A DNA stretch of 62,973 bases, counting the filler, from Dimargaris cristalligena (taxonomy: Eukaryota): assembly GCA_003614675.1 (NCBI GenBank). It is 17 parts of 17 records of this genome, joined end to end, with 100 filler letters (N's around TTAATTAATTAA, not from the genome) between each part and the next. Parts side by side here need not be neighbours in the genome. Positions count along the whole stretch, not along the records: positions 37,266 to 40,873 come from ML003905.1; positions 40,974 to 44,569 come from ML003906.1; positions 44,670 to 48,255 come from ML003907.1; positions 48,356 to 51,939 come from ML003908.1; 13 more parts are not named here. The stretch is one strand, 5' to 3'. Positions 37,422 to 48,931 of the stretch are shown one piece after another. How positions within the stretch are numbered: position 1 is the first letter of the stretch; each line of letters opens with the position of its first letter. The notes under the pieces are model-generated. The model was not told where the DNA came from. It was given only the letters and a program-made list of their open reading frames with translations, and made no database searches. The position numbers and the translations under genes were made by a program.

Positions 37422-38304
37422 CTTGGGAAGGGAGTTGTAAATGGGGGACTGGTCAGGAGAAGGGGAGAGCAGGTCGTGCTAATGGAATGGGAGAGTGGAG
37501 TAAAAGGAATGGCAGAAGTCAAGAGTCGAGTCCATTAGTCTTGCTCAAATAGCCAATATGGGTCAAACGCATCCGTATGTTGGGGGAGGGAAACAAAGGC
37601 TGGAAATAAAAGAGCCAGCCATGGAGCCCCAGGTCTGGATAGTACAGCGCCAGACTTGAGGTTACACTGTGAGTTGTTTTTATCAACGGCCTAATCCATT
37701 ATCCAGTATCCAGGGCCTCTTCTCTTGGGTGTAAATACAGTGAATTACGCTGAATATAGCTTTAAAGGGCATGTAGACAGCGGCAAATAGGGGGAAATAT
37801 ATCGTATAGGTTCGCTGTTTAAAGGAAATGCACAATTACATTAATAAGCTCATGGGGCCTGTAATTTTCGGAATGAACGGAACTAACTATCCACTGTTCA
37901 CGGCTGCGCCATAATTCTAGACGGCTTATAAGCTTAATGACCAGGGGGCCTTTGGGCGCAAAGTCAAAAGATATGTCCATCTCATGACGGGGCTAAAGTG
38001 TAGTTCCAACGAATGGAACAGCTGAGTTATTAGTAATTATAAAAGGAACCTCACGTGAGCCCGCCCATTCCTTTGCTTATTAATGGTCCGTAGCCAGCGA
38101 CGCTCCCGAATTCTGTATAAATATTCCCCGCCCGAACTCCCCGCCGTTGAAACTCCCTCACACCATATTGTACACTTTTACCGCTCTGTGCTAGTAGTCT
38201 CCTCCCACATTCGCTCTAACTGTACTATATTTTCTTAATAACTCGGCCACCCAGCCACGGTTCCGTCCGTCCCCTTTCTTTCCAACTCACTCTAATTTTC
38301 CACC

Positions 38305-38952
38305 ATGGGTCGCCGTCCCGCTCGTTGCTACCGCTACTGTAAGAACAAGCCGTACCCCAAGTCCCGGTTCTGCCGTGGTGTCCCTGACGCCAAGATCAGA
38401 ATTTACGACTTGGGTCGTAAGAAGGCCGGTGTGGACGAGTTCCCCCTGTGCGTCCACCTGGTGTCCAACGAGTACGAGCAGCTGTCTTCGGAAGCCCTCG
38501 AAGCCGCCCGTATTTGCGCCAACAAGTACATCACCAAGATGTCCGGCAAGGATTCCTTCCACCTGCGTGTCCGGGTCCACCCCTTCCACGTCGTGCGCAT
38601 CAACAAGATGCTGTCGTGCGCCGGTGCGGATCGACTCCAAACCGGTATGCGGGGTGCCTTTGGTAAGCCCAACGGTGTCGTGGCCCGTGTCAACATTGGC
38701 CAGGTCCTCTTCTCCGTCCGTACCAAGGACAGCAACAAGGCCGTCGTCATTGAAGCGTTGCGCCGGGCCAAGTACAAGTTCCCCGGGCGCCAGAAGATTA
38801 TTCTGTCCAAGAAGTGGGGTTTCACCAAGCTGTCCCGCGAGGACTACATCGAAGCCCGTCAGGCCGGCCAGCTCCAGCCCGATGGCTGCTACGTCAAGTA
38901 CCTCAACGAGAAGGGCCCCCTGTCCGCCTTCTTCAAGCGTGTCGCGGCTTAG
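38305..38952 (+). CDS. RPL10: 60S ribosomal protein L10 (uL16)
   Basis: [28 protein letters not shown]...[21 protein letters not shown]. Confidence 0.99.
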   Translation: MGRRPARCYRYCKNKPYPKSRFCRGVPDAKIRIYDLGRKKAGVDEFPLCVHLVSNEYEQLSSEALEAARICANKYITKMSGKDSFHLRVRVHPFHVVRINKMLSCAGADRLQTGMRGAFGKPNGVVARVNIGQVLFSVRTKDSNKAVVIEALRRAKYKFPGRQKIILSKKWGFTKLSREDYIEARQAGQLQPDGCYVKYLNEKGPLSAFFKRVAA

Positions 38953-40053
38953 TTGTGGTCCCTGGTATCGTTGGATTACTAAGCCCCCTCCTCCTTTCAC
39001 ATTCCACCAGGCGTTTTTATTTAATCAAACCCTCGCCCATTGATCTGACTGGGCTTGTTTTTTTTTCTGCTGAGTAATCAATCTCCGTGCCTAATAACCA
39101 GGTGGTATCCGCCAAATGGTAAAACGAGGTAACCTAAAGGCATTCTCTAACACTTTTATGGGTGTGTGGCTCTAGCTGCCTATTACTATTGAGGCGATAG
39201 GATTCCATTTAGCTGGAATACCCCTGCTCTAATTGTTGATGCTGGGGCTTCAAGTGAATGGTTTCCATTATATCCAACTAGTAGGCCAAGTGATAATACA
39301 GGCATAGTAAAAACGTTATTAAAGAACAAATGCAGTATTAGCTATTCATATTAGCGTTAGTATTTATAATGGTTATATACATACATATGGCCTTTTAGGG
39401 CGCTATTTTTTGATGTCAATATGGAAGGGTCTGTCGAAATCTCTAGGAAATTAGGCATTTTACCACACTGGTTCAGATGCTAAGCGGTATATGCCTAGTT
39501 AAGGCTCTGGAATATATCCCCCCTGTGTAATTAATGGCCAGCTCAGCCTAATTTGTCTCCTGGGACGTCCTCTTTATCTAGGTCTCCTTTCTTTACTATT
39601 GTGCAATTGCACCTTCCGGATTAGCTCTATTCATTAACCAACCATCCCCTTCTACTTAGTATAGATTCCATCCACCCACGAACAGCTTTTATTTGGCATT
39701 CCACATTCCTCTACTTGGTTGCTAGTTTTCCCATTAGCGCACACTACTTTTACTACGCCCCATGACTGAACGACCGAACAGCGCGTCGACCAATGGCTTA
39801 CGATCGGCGCACCTAGGTCCACCCCCACCGCCTCCACCGCGGGGGGACGAGCGGCCCAATGCCTCTGATTCAGGACGACTTTCCGTGAGGTAGGTTATAC
39901 CTAATAACTTCTTAGAGAAATGACCATTCCCTACACCTGGAACTTTATGTCAATATAAACCTATTATCAATTTGTTTATTAACGAACATTCAAATTCAAC
40001 GCCGTGGGCCGACATTCAAACCAGACAATGTACCATTCTAAAACCCCTATTGC

Positions 40054-40830
40054 ATGACTGCATATGTATCTCCTTCTAAAATGAATCCTTTTAATAGCCC
40101 CCCTACCGGTGGAGCTCCCCCATCCGAGTCCGACGAAGAACCCGGGGAGTGGTCAAGCGAAAAGAGCCCAGAGCCTAGCGAAGGTCGTGATAGCGGCCGT
40201 ATGGACTCAGGCGATTTTGGCCAGTCCCCTCCCTCGGCCTACCGAACCACCTCATTGGATTCCTATAAAGGGCGAGAGCACCGGGAACGGTCCCGGGGAC
40301 CCGATAGAGACCGTGACTACCGCCATCGGGACTTTGACCGTGAACGGGGTCGCGACCGTGACCGTGAACGTGATAGAGAACGAGAACGAGAACGGGAGCG
40401 TGCCCGACGCTACGATGGTGGCGACCGGGCCCGGGACCGGCGTTACGAAGGGCATCGGGACCGTCCCCGGGACTACGATCGCAACGGGTCCTCCCGGCAT
40501 GGCCATAGTGACCTTTACCGAGAACGGGAGCGGGAGCACCCACCATCGCGACGACGTGCCAGTGGCTACGACCGAGATGAATCCCTTTCCGGCCACGGTA
40601 GTGGGGGAGCCGCGCTACAATCACCCGGAACGACGGGTTGGTCCTCCTCCACAACACCCCACCACGCTTCATCCCGCTACCACTCCCGTCGTTCACGCTC
40701 GCCGCGCGACTATACGTCGGGATCATCGCGACCCACTTCCCCGCATCGATTGGCGATGGACCGGCATCACCCGTTCTCCTACATTGGTGATAACCGGCGA
40801 TTCTCAACTACCCCCCCGCAGCCTCCATGA
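40054..40830 (+). CDS. Arg/Asp/Glu/Ser-rich low-complexity protein (RD/RE dipeptides); exon structure uncertain
   Basis: 258-aa GC-rich ORF containing RDRDRERDRERERERER; lies near the contig end; a possible upstream exon ends at a GTAGGT donor (~39890). Confidence 0.6.
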   Translation: MTAYVSPSKMNPFNSPPTGGAPPSESDEEPGEWSSEKSPEPSEGRDSGRMDSGDFGQSPPSAYRTTSLDSYKGREHRERSRGPDRDRDYRHRDFDRERGRDRDRERDRERERERERARRYDGGDRARDRRYEGHRDRPRDYDRNGSSRHGHSDLYREREREHPPSRRRASGYDRDESLSGHGSGGAALQSPGTTGWSSSTTPHHASSRYHSRRSRSPRDYTSGSSRPTSPHRLAMDRHHPFSYIGDNRRFSTTPPQPP

Positions 40831-41067
40831 GCCAGAGATAGATGGGACCCAGGACCACTGAGAGAAGGCACAANNNNNNNNNNNNNNNNNNNNNNNNNNN
40901 NNNNNNNNNNNNNNNNNTTAATTAATTAANNNNNNNNNNNNNNNNNNNNNNNNNNNNNNNNNNNNNNNNNNNNTTAATTTTACAAGGCCGTCGAAGAGCG
41001 AAGGAAAAGTAGCCACGGTCCTTAAGTTTGATTTACATATATATATAAATATTATTTCATTTAAAAT

Positions 41068-41274
41068 ATGTTCAGTACGAAACGCCAGTACACTGAGAGT
41101 CCGGAGGTGTCCCCTCCGCTCTCTCCATCCCGTCCCCGCTCTCCACTTGAACGACTGTTTCTGGTCTCCTCCCCCTCACGGCCCGGTGCTCTTCAACCCG
41201 GCAGGGACACACAGAACCCTCCCGGATCCCCGGGCCATGGAACTACAGATGCACCATCAAGTGTGACGTGGTAA
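41068..41274 (+). CDS. Putative 68-aa Ser/Pro-rich orphan ORF
   Basis: TATATAAA ~20 nt upstream, AAAAT-ATG context, GC/CpG-rich body. Confidence 0.3.
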   Translation: MFSTKRQYTESPEVSPPLSPSRPRSPLERLFLVSSPSRPGALQPGRDTQNPPGSPGHGTTDAPSSVTW

Positions 41275-41837
41275 AAATAAACCGCCAACCTGGGGTATCG
41301 ATAGCTATAAACGGACCACTCATGGCAACCCACGTTGCTCAGAAACCGTGACAGTACGCTGGTAATGGCAGAGCAGTTGCCGTAAAATAGATTAGGGGCT
41401 CGTGAAACTAGTTCTACCAGTGGTGACACTCGCGCCAATCATTGCGGTTCCTATGGCGGAGTTAGTGAACCTACTCAGTTTCCCTCTAATTGATCCACTC
41501 TTGTGAGGTGCGGCGGGGGCGGCAGTTGTACTGCCATGGACAGGGATGACCTTCTCCTTCCATGGGAATAACTGGTTGATTTCCCTCACCACAAAACACC
41601 AACACTCGCCAAACAAATGTCCACTACCTCGAACGGTTATCTGGAAACCACTTATTTAGTTGATCAGATTTCCAACCCTAACCATTTCCGGCCCAGTCGG
41701 CCAAACAGTTACTTCCACATCATTAGAGTTCATGATTCCAGCCAAGTTGGAAGGAATGTCCACCCATATTGGAATAAAGTGGACAGTGTTGAAGTTTTTA
41801 TTATTTATCCTTATCTAGTTACTATGAATGCCTTAGT

Positions 41838-42335
41838 AGATCTGAGGTATTTCCACTTTCTGTTTTTCCCTCCCTATTTCCACACAAAGTTCTAACTTGA
41901 AGACCCAACCAGTTTTTCCCTTTGTAGTTTTATAGTTGCCAGCCCATCTAAGGATGATGTCCAAAAGTTGTAGCAAAAGTTTAGTCTATAATACCATTTT
42001 ATATATATATTGTATCCTAGCTGGCCCTTAAAATGGCAAGTTATCTTTGAGATAAGTTTTTATTATTCAGAATAAATATCTGCTCTTAACTTCACCCAGT
42101 GTTTTCACCCAGCAACTGCCAAGGACTTCAACCAGAAGTTAATATACCATTTTATTTCTTCTATTTTACCTTATTAGTTTACAAAGCCAGTTTATTAGTA
42201 CATAGCCACTATGGCTCCTCCAGTTCCTAATTCCAACAACAGGAGTTTAGGATTAATTTGTTTGGAACATTTTCCACTGTACCCCAGTTCCTACTCAAAT
42301 AGTAGTTCTGACCCACTTTGTTAAGTAGAAGGCCT
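41838..42335 (+). mobile_element. CpG-free eroded copy of LTR family D
   Basis: GGCCCTTAAAATGGCAAGTTATC..GAGATAAGTTTTTATTATTCAGAATAAATATCT is shared with ~37092-37150 and ~33942-34000. Edges approximate. Confidence 0.8.
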
Positions 42336-42949
42336 GTTTCCTGAGTTCCCCATGTTCCTCCCAAGTGCCGACCCCTCAAACCTGACATCCAGTAAACCTA
42401 CTATCCTGGGATAAGTGAAGGAGAATCCCTCCAGCTCTTCCCTTGACATGGAAGTCCCTCAAATCACAGGTAGAATAGTGTATCCTAGTATGATAGCCAT
42501 GCTATACAATGCCTTGATGGAGGGCTGCCAGTTATTAAACTATACATGAAATGTATTACTTTGTGTACACCCAACCAAATGCATAAGTATGCCATTTTTT
42601 TTCCAAAGTGCCCTTTTCAGACATTAAGGTGAAAACAAGGGGGCCCAAAGACTGTGGCATAACAGCTACCTAGCATTATTTGAGTTGGTTAGTACTGCTA
42701 GTGCAATGGGATCTAACTTGTAAACTATATAAATGGGTATAACCTTGTCTCTACTTCCAATAATATCTGCAAAACTTTGGATACACATTGCCTAGCTTCA
42801 TCACCAATATATTCCCCATTCCATTACATCTTCTTCACCAACCAGGTTATTTGTCCATTGTGTTATTTTAGTATTTTTTTAGACAGGAATCAAAATCTGT
42901 TTAACATGGTTTAGTTAAACACTACATCTCTGGTTGTCTATCATCAACA

Positions 42950-43664
42950 AAATGTATTTCATTTGAGCAGCCTGCCTTTTTTCCTGGACTTGCTCACTAT
43001 CAACTGAGCCTCCAAACAAGGTAATCATCCCAATTATATTGATGACCTACTTGATGCCAACAGTGCTGATAGCAGCTTAGAGGAAAAAGCTACAGAGTTA
43101 GCCAAGCATTATTTTTTCCAGGCTTAGTCACCAGATCAGCATCTAGTATATATTAGTAAACTAAGTGGCCCCAGGTTGACCAACTACACTGCCTATCTCA
43201 AAGACCTCATGGCCAATGAGGATGTTGACTCTGCATAAGCTAATGAGCAGCTGGTCACCATTGATCAGTTTGTCCAAGCATCCAGGACCATAAGTACATT
43301 TCCTCATGCCAAGGCTAGTGGTTCCGGCTCCAGAAGTAACAGCCTCCCCTTTCCAGCAACCCAGTCCCCCACCCAGGAGCTAATGAACCAGGACACTACC
43401 AACTTGCAACAACTATGGGTGTCCAAAATCAAACATGTACATTTGGATATGGGTTGTGAGAAGAAACCATTTAGTTGTCCAGAATGCCCCAAAGAATTTG
43501 CCCAGCAGTATGATCTCAATAGGCATGCAAATACTCACTGAGGTGAAAGGCCCTTTTTCTGTGAAGTGTGTGGTTACCCCTTTACTTGTTTAGATAACCT
43601 GCAACACCATGTAAGAACAATTTGTCCAATTCAAGGTGCCAAAGGGCCCTCTAGCAGGCAATAA
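42950..43664 (+). pseudogene. C2H2 zinc-finger transcription factor pseudogene
   Basis: KKPFSCPECPKEFAQQYDLNRHANTH*GERPFFCEVCGYPFTCLDNLQHH with in-frame TGA at 43539. 5' limit approximate. Confidence 0.85.
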
Positions 43665-44218
43665 CTTCAACCACCAACAGGTTAATTCAGTTGAGCTAGG
43701 ACCCTCCTAGTTCCCAGATATTTTTGCCTACTGCCACTGGCATGGTATATTTGAACTGAGAAATCATCATAAAGCTAATGAGTCCCACTACTTCTCTTTT
43801 ATAAAATGATTATTTTTCTGACCTGTTTCAACAAATGACTAGATCAAAAAAGGACCTGGACTGCTCAAACTCAGCCAGTATTGTTTTGATGAGAATAAAG
43901 CCCATTTATACTGATCTAATTTTCTTTGGAGATAAATAAACACTTCAATCTTGGATAAACTATAACTATATTATAGAGCAGTGAGTACTTCACAATCAAG
44001 TGGAGTTCAAAGTCAAAGAGGAATCACTGATCCCATTGTGATTTGGGCTACCAATAGCAATCCTCACACTCAAATTTAGTAGCCCTTACCTTACATCAGC
44101 AAAGTGGTATTCCCAGTTTAAATATATACTTCAACAGCGACATTCCCCAAAGACTGGTTGTAATTTGTGTCTGTTTACAATGCTGATGTATACATTTAAA
44201 CTGGGACAAAAAGTAAAA

Positions 44219-44292
44219 TGTCAAGATCCGGGATCGAACCGGAGACCTTGCGCGTGTGAGGCGCATGTGATAACCAACTACACCATCCTGAC
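44219..44292 (-). tRNA. tRNA-Val(CAC)
   Basis: GTCAGGA acceptor, TGGTGTAGTTGGTTATCAC D region, TGCGC-CTCACAC-GCGCA anticodon arm, GGTTCGATCC T loop; 74 nt. Confidence 0.96.
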
Positions 44293-45034
44293 TACGAATT
44301 TGTTGTGGTAGGACCTGAGACTAGTTAGTTAACCGCAGTATTTCTTTATTAATCAGTTCCCATTACTATATCCTTTTATCAGCGAAGTCTTGATTTATTA
44401 TTTTATAACCTTGCAATATCATAGCAAGTGAGAAACACATCAAATATCACTCGCATTTATATTTGATATCATCATTAGCCAGATATATTCGTAAACTCAT
44501 CATTATTTATCAACCCCAACAGTAATACTACGTAGGTTGAACTTCAACCACTTTCTAAGTATAAATACCNNNNNNNNNNNNNNNNNNNNNNNNNNNNNNN
44601 NNNNNNNNNNNNNTTAATTAATTAANNNNNNNNNNNNNNNNNNNNNNNNNNNNNNNNNNNNNNNNNNNNGAAATCAAAGGGAAAATTTGTATGGAAAGAA
44701 TGGGTTAAAGGGGAGGGAAAAAAAACTGGTTATACCAGAAAAAAAAGCCACTTCATACCCTGCATAATAATAATAATAGTAATATAATTAGTGTGGCTTA
44801 TAGGGGGACAGTACACCTTGCTACACCGTGCCATGAATATATCAAGAAGACAATTTACATTTAGCAGTTGCTCACTGTTTCTCCCTTTCATTATTTGATG
44901 ACTAGTATAGTGTCCCCTATCTTAGTTGCAAGGCTGTAGTATATCTAGCACTCTTTTCCATTTTTTGTTATTTTGTTGCTGCAGTTGTATTGGTAATGAT
45001 GTAGTCCAGCATCGTGGACAGTACTTAGCTAACC

Positions 45035-45257
45035 TGTTGAAGAATATGTTCCTACATGTTCTTTATCATATCATATTTTATCCAATTACGTTAGTATATT
45101 CTGCTATCATAAGATCATTTATATTAGCCACTTATATTTTACCTCATCGAAAATTACAGTTCAATAAAACTAACTACCTAGAGGCACCTACCATTCTCCA
45201 GCTGCTTTCTTCCCTTACTTCCAGTTTTATTTCCTTTACATCCTTAGTATTCCAACA
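45035..45257. mobile_element. Solo LTR, family B
   Basis: TGTTGAAG...TCCAACA; flanks TAACC/TCACC (near-TSD). Confidence 0.88.
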
Positions 45258-46787
45258 TCACCAAGTTCACTCATTGATAGTACAGAATCTCTCATTTTAA
45301 TTGCTGAATCAGTTCGTATATTTTATTAATTGTCTATAACCACGACCTGTAAGCTGTAAACCAATATCTAGTAAATTATTATAAACCTAAATTGGCCTCC
45401 ATCAGTGGTTTAAACTATGAATTGTCCGCTATTGCAATTATCGGAATTCGTTAATAGTTACAGTAAAATTGTTGGCTGCATTGGTAATATAAGAGGGGTT
45501 GCATGGGCAAGTGCATCAATCCTCCCATATCTTTCTACTGGGTCTCGGTTATACAAAGCTAGGTTTGGGGATGTAAATAGGCTCTCCGTTGGAGGTGAAG
45601 TAGATACCTGACTGGCAAAAATATAGAGGATGGCTGTGTAGTTTAGATAAGAGAAGGCTAGAGATCTAGGCAGAGTATAGCAGCTATGAGTGCATATATT
45701 CAGAAATGATTAGAGCCAATAAAGTCCACATATTTTTCTTTCGCCCCGCCTTCGCCATGCAGTAATAAATTTCTGTGCTCAAATGATAGGGATAAACCCC
45801 CCTGCCAGTACATCCCGCAATTCAACTTGCCAATAAACCATTCTAATCGTTATACTATAAATACCTGAGGGTGTTCCCCCTTAATATATTTGTCAATTAT
45901 ACAATATATGTAATATGCTCAACATATTGTGTGTATTAGGGATGATACTTATATGCACATTAACCCCCTATATTCTGATAATTTAATGGGGGTATTGGTT
46001 TATATAGTTAGCTATTTGGCTACTTTGGTGGAATACTACTATATATAATATAGATGTTGGCCTGGTTGGTGCTTATTGGCATACTAAGTGGGAATATTTT
46101 AATGGCCATGTATTTATGGAGTTGTAATTTTTTTACATTATAAAGCCCAATATCTCCCTTGTACTCTATAGCCATGTATTGTACCATTAACCTGGTACTA
46201 ATCAACTCCATATAATACATGGTTATGTCCGGTATGACATACTGAGTAGAGTATTTGATAAAAAGATGCTGTTGTGATGTATATGCCACTTCAAAGAGCA
46301 TTGTTTTATTTGTCAGCATTAAAATAGTGTAAATAACCATCATTATGTCAGCTTCAGTAGTTGTATGTGCTACTATGTATTGAACAGTCTCCAATAACAT
46401 GGCCCAGAAAATTTTGAACCTAGGGAGGTACATATTCTGCACTATTTTTCCAGTTAAGAAGGAGGAGGAAGATAAGGTAAAAGAGGAATATAGTATTTTA
46501 ACATAATATTGAAATTGTCTAGATGCATGTTTAGAATGCCATAATTGGGTCTTTACAACTTATTACCAATACTTATGTATAGGCTGTGTAGCCTGTAACA
46601 AAAAACATTATTATCTAAATAGAAAGAACATTATGAATGTGTTGTACCAGTGATCCCAGTTGGAGAGGTGGGACCAGATGTCTGTGGATTAATAGTTAGA
46701 TGATTATCTCCTTTTTTATGTTATTTTTAATGGTAATGGGTTTTGTGGGTCCTGACTGCCAATTTACTCTGTATATTGTGTTCTTAG

Positions 46788-47233
46788 TATTGGAATACTT
46801 GTTAGAAAACCACCTCATCCTGAGTGTGGAATACTCTTCCCAATGTGGCACATGTTTATTAGCCTCCTATTGATCAGACTTTTCTAAATAAAAACTACTG
46901 TGAAGAGCTTAATCATCTCCTTGCTGTTCTTTCTTCAATTCTAATTATTTTGACATAAGCTTTATCATCTATCAATTTCAGATTACATCTACAAGAGAAC
47001 TTGTGGTTTTTCCAATAATACTAAGGATGTAAAGAAAATAAAACTAAAAGTAAGGGAAGAAAACAGCTAGAGGATAGTAGGTACCTCTAGGTGGTTAGTT
47101 TTATTAAACTGTAATTTCAATAGGGTAAAATATAAGTGGCTAACATGAATGATCTCATAATAGTAGAATAAACTAATGTAATTGGATGAAAACATGATAG
47201 GATAAAGAATATGTAGGAACATATTCTTCAACA
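46788..47233. mobile_element. Family B LTR interrupted by a C-like solo LTR (46800-47017, TSD ATACT)
   Basis: TATTGGA-ATACT|TGTTAG...CCAATA|ATACT-AAGGATG...TTCAACA. Confidence 0.85.
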
Positions 47234-47303
47234 GTATTAACTAGAAAGTGTGCTACTGCACATCCCTTGTATCTGCCTGCACCTAGCCTTTATTAGTTAG
47301 TAC

Positions 47304-48255
47304 TGTAACCAATTAAGCCGAGTGGGGCCAGAGAACAGTGTAAATAACTAATGGCCGAGTAGGGCAAGTAACTAAAGAAATGAGGTAAATTAATAATTAT
47401 TTTATTGAAAGACACTGGATCCTGGTCTGTCGCTCGGGACGGCCCATATTATTCCTCTGGGGTGAGGTGTGGTTCTTGTGCTGTTGGGGTGGGGCTATCT
47501 TCCTCCATGGTGGGGGATAGATGAGTCGTGACATGGTCCCTTGGTTCCTCTTCACTCAAGTACCATGTACTGTGGGGAGGACTGACCTCTCGCCCATGAG
47601 TGGTGGATGCCTCCCCCGGTTGCACAATACTCCAGGGCAACTGCTCATCCTCAGAGGTTGTGGTTTGTGCTCCCTGACCTTCTAGAGTTAGCCTTTCCCG
47701 AAGATGAGGGAGAGCCAGCAAAGTAGGGCTAGACGGTTCACATAGTCTTTGGCGCATCACTCGGTGGGCTTCAGCGTGTGACAGAGACTGAGGAGCCTGT
47801 CTTTTTGTACCGGGAATATATCTATCCAATGGCTCCTGCTCTGGACGGGGATCTGCCAGATATTCTGAGACCGATTCTGCTGGTGACCATTGATCTAGTT
47901 CTTCATCCGAATCACTATTGTCATCCCCACTGTATTCCACCTGCGAGTATTCAACCAAGGAATGTGTTCTTGTCAATGGGGTGTTTAGTTCACTGATTTC
48001 ATTGCTCGTGGCCTCATTGATTCTGTTCGTCTGGTCTTCGTCTCGTACCTCCTCAGCAGTTATATTCCAGGCCTCTCCCTCCGTGGTAGTTTCTAATAAT
48101 GAAGATGGTGTAGCCTGAACTGCCACTGTGTCCCCTAATTGAGTAATGCTACAGTCTGTACTTGTGTAGTACGGGAGGAGAAGATCACCATGTGTGTTTC
48201 TAGGTCGGGGCCTGCCATCTAGGTCTGCTAGTTTGTATGCAAGGCCAGCCCTTTC
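47304..48255 (-). mobile_element. 3' end of a probable Ty3/gypsy element: integrase C-terminus with a long tail (ORF 48255-47449), terminus ...GGTTACA
   Basis: AYKLADLDGRPRPRNTHGDLLLPYY resembles the gypsy integrase C-terminal module. The terminus TGTAACC..GCCGAGTAGGGCA also occurs at ~22254-22278 and abuts a family A fragment (47234-47303). Confidence 0.6.
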
Positions 48256-48580
48256 NNNNNNNNNNNNNNNNNNNNNNNNNNNNNNNNNNNNNNNNNNNNT
48301 TAATTAATTAANNNNNNNNNNNNNNNNNNNNNNNNNNNNNNNNNNNNNNNNNNNNTCTCACCGCAAAGCGCTTCTACAACCCCACCGTTGGCTCCACTAC
48401 AATCTGCCAATAACGAGATCCCTGATAGTAGTTCGAACCTCCCGCCGATTTTCCCGGCTTTTTCCCCCCATGACGTAATCCCTGACCTAACCGGTCCACT
48501 GGGTCTCGACGCTACAGTAGCAGTAGCTCTTCAAAAGCATCTTGCCATTGATATTTTCCATTGGCTAAGCCTATGCATTC

Positions 48581-48598
48581 ATCTAGAATTTTCTTGAC
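48581..48598 (+). promoter_or_regulatory. Possible heat-shock element upstream of HSP78
   Basis: aTCtaGAAttTTCttGAc: alternating nGAAn units, two imperfect, ~340 nt upstream of the ATG. Confidence 0.4.
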
Positions 48599-48931
48599 GC
48601 AGTCGTTGCAAGCGCATATCAAACTTCCAACTAAAACGGCTCCCAAGGCAGCTCTTCTCCAATGGTTAATGTCAGTCCATATGAAACAGGGAGTTTCAGA
48701 CCTCTCCCGCCCAGACCTCGCCACCTAGGTTTTATATCCCCCATACTGTGTTTGTATTTATGCCAATCCATTTTCCAGGGCCACTTAAGAAGTACTTTAT
48801 TATAACTATCTACTTATTCTTCTTCTTTTTTTAAAACGGAAACACTACTAATACGAGTTGCGACTTTATCGACTGTTCAGCTACTTTCAACTCCATTGTC
48901 CCTGCTGTCCATTTCCATTCGTACTCCAACC

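Noticed and set aside
44926..45300. 124-aa hydrophobic ORF
   Set aside because: Spans a family B solo LTR; chance ORF.
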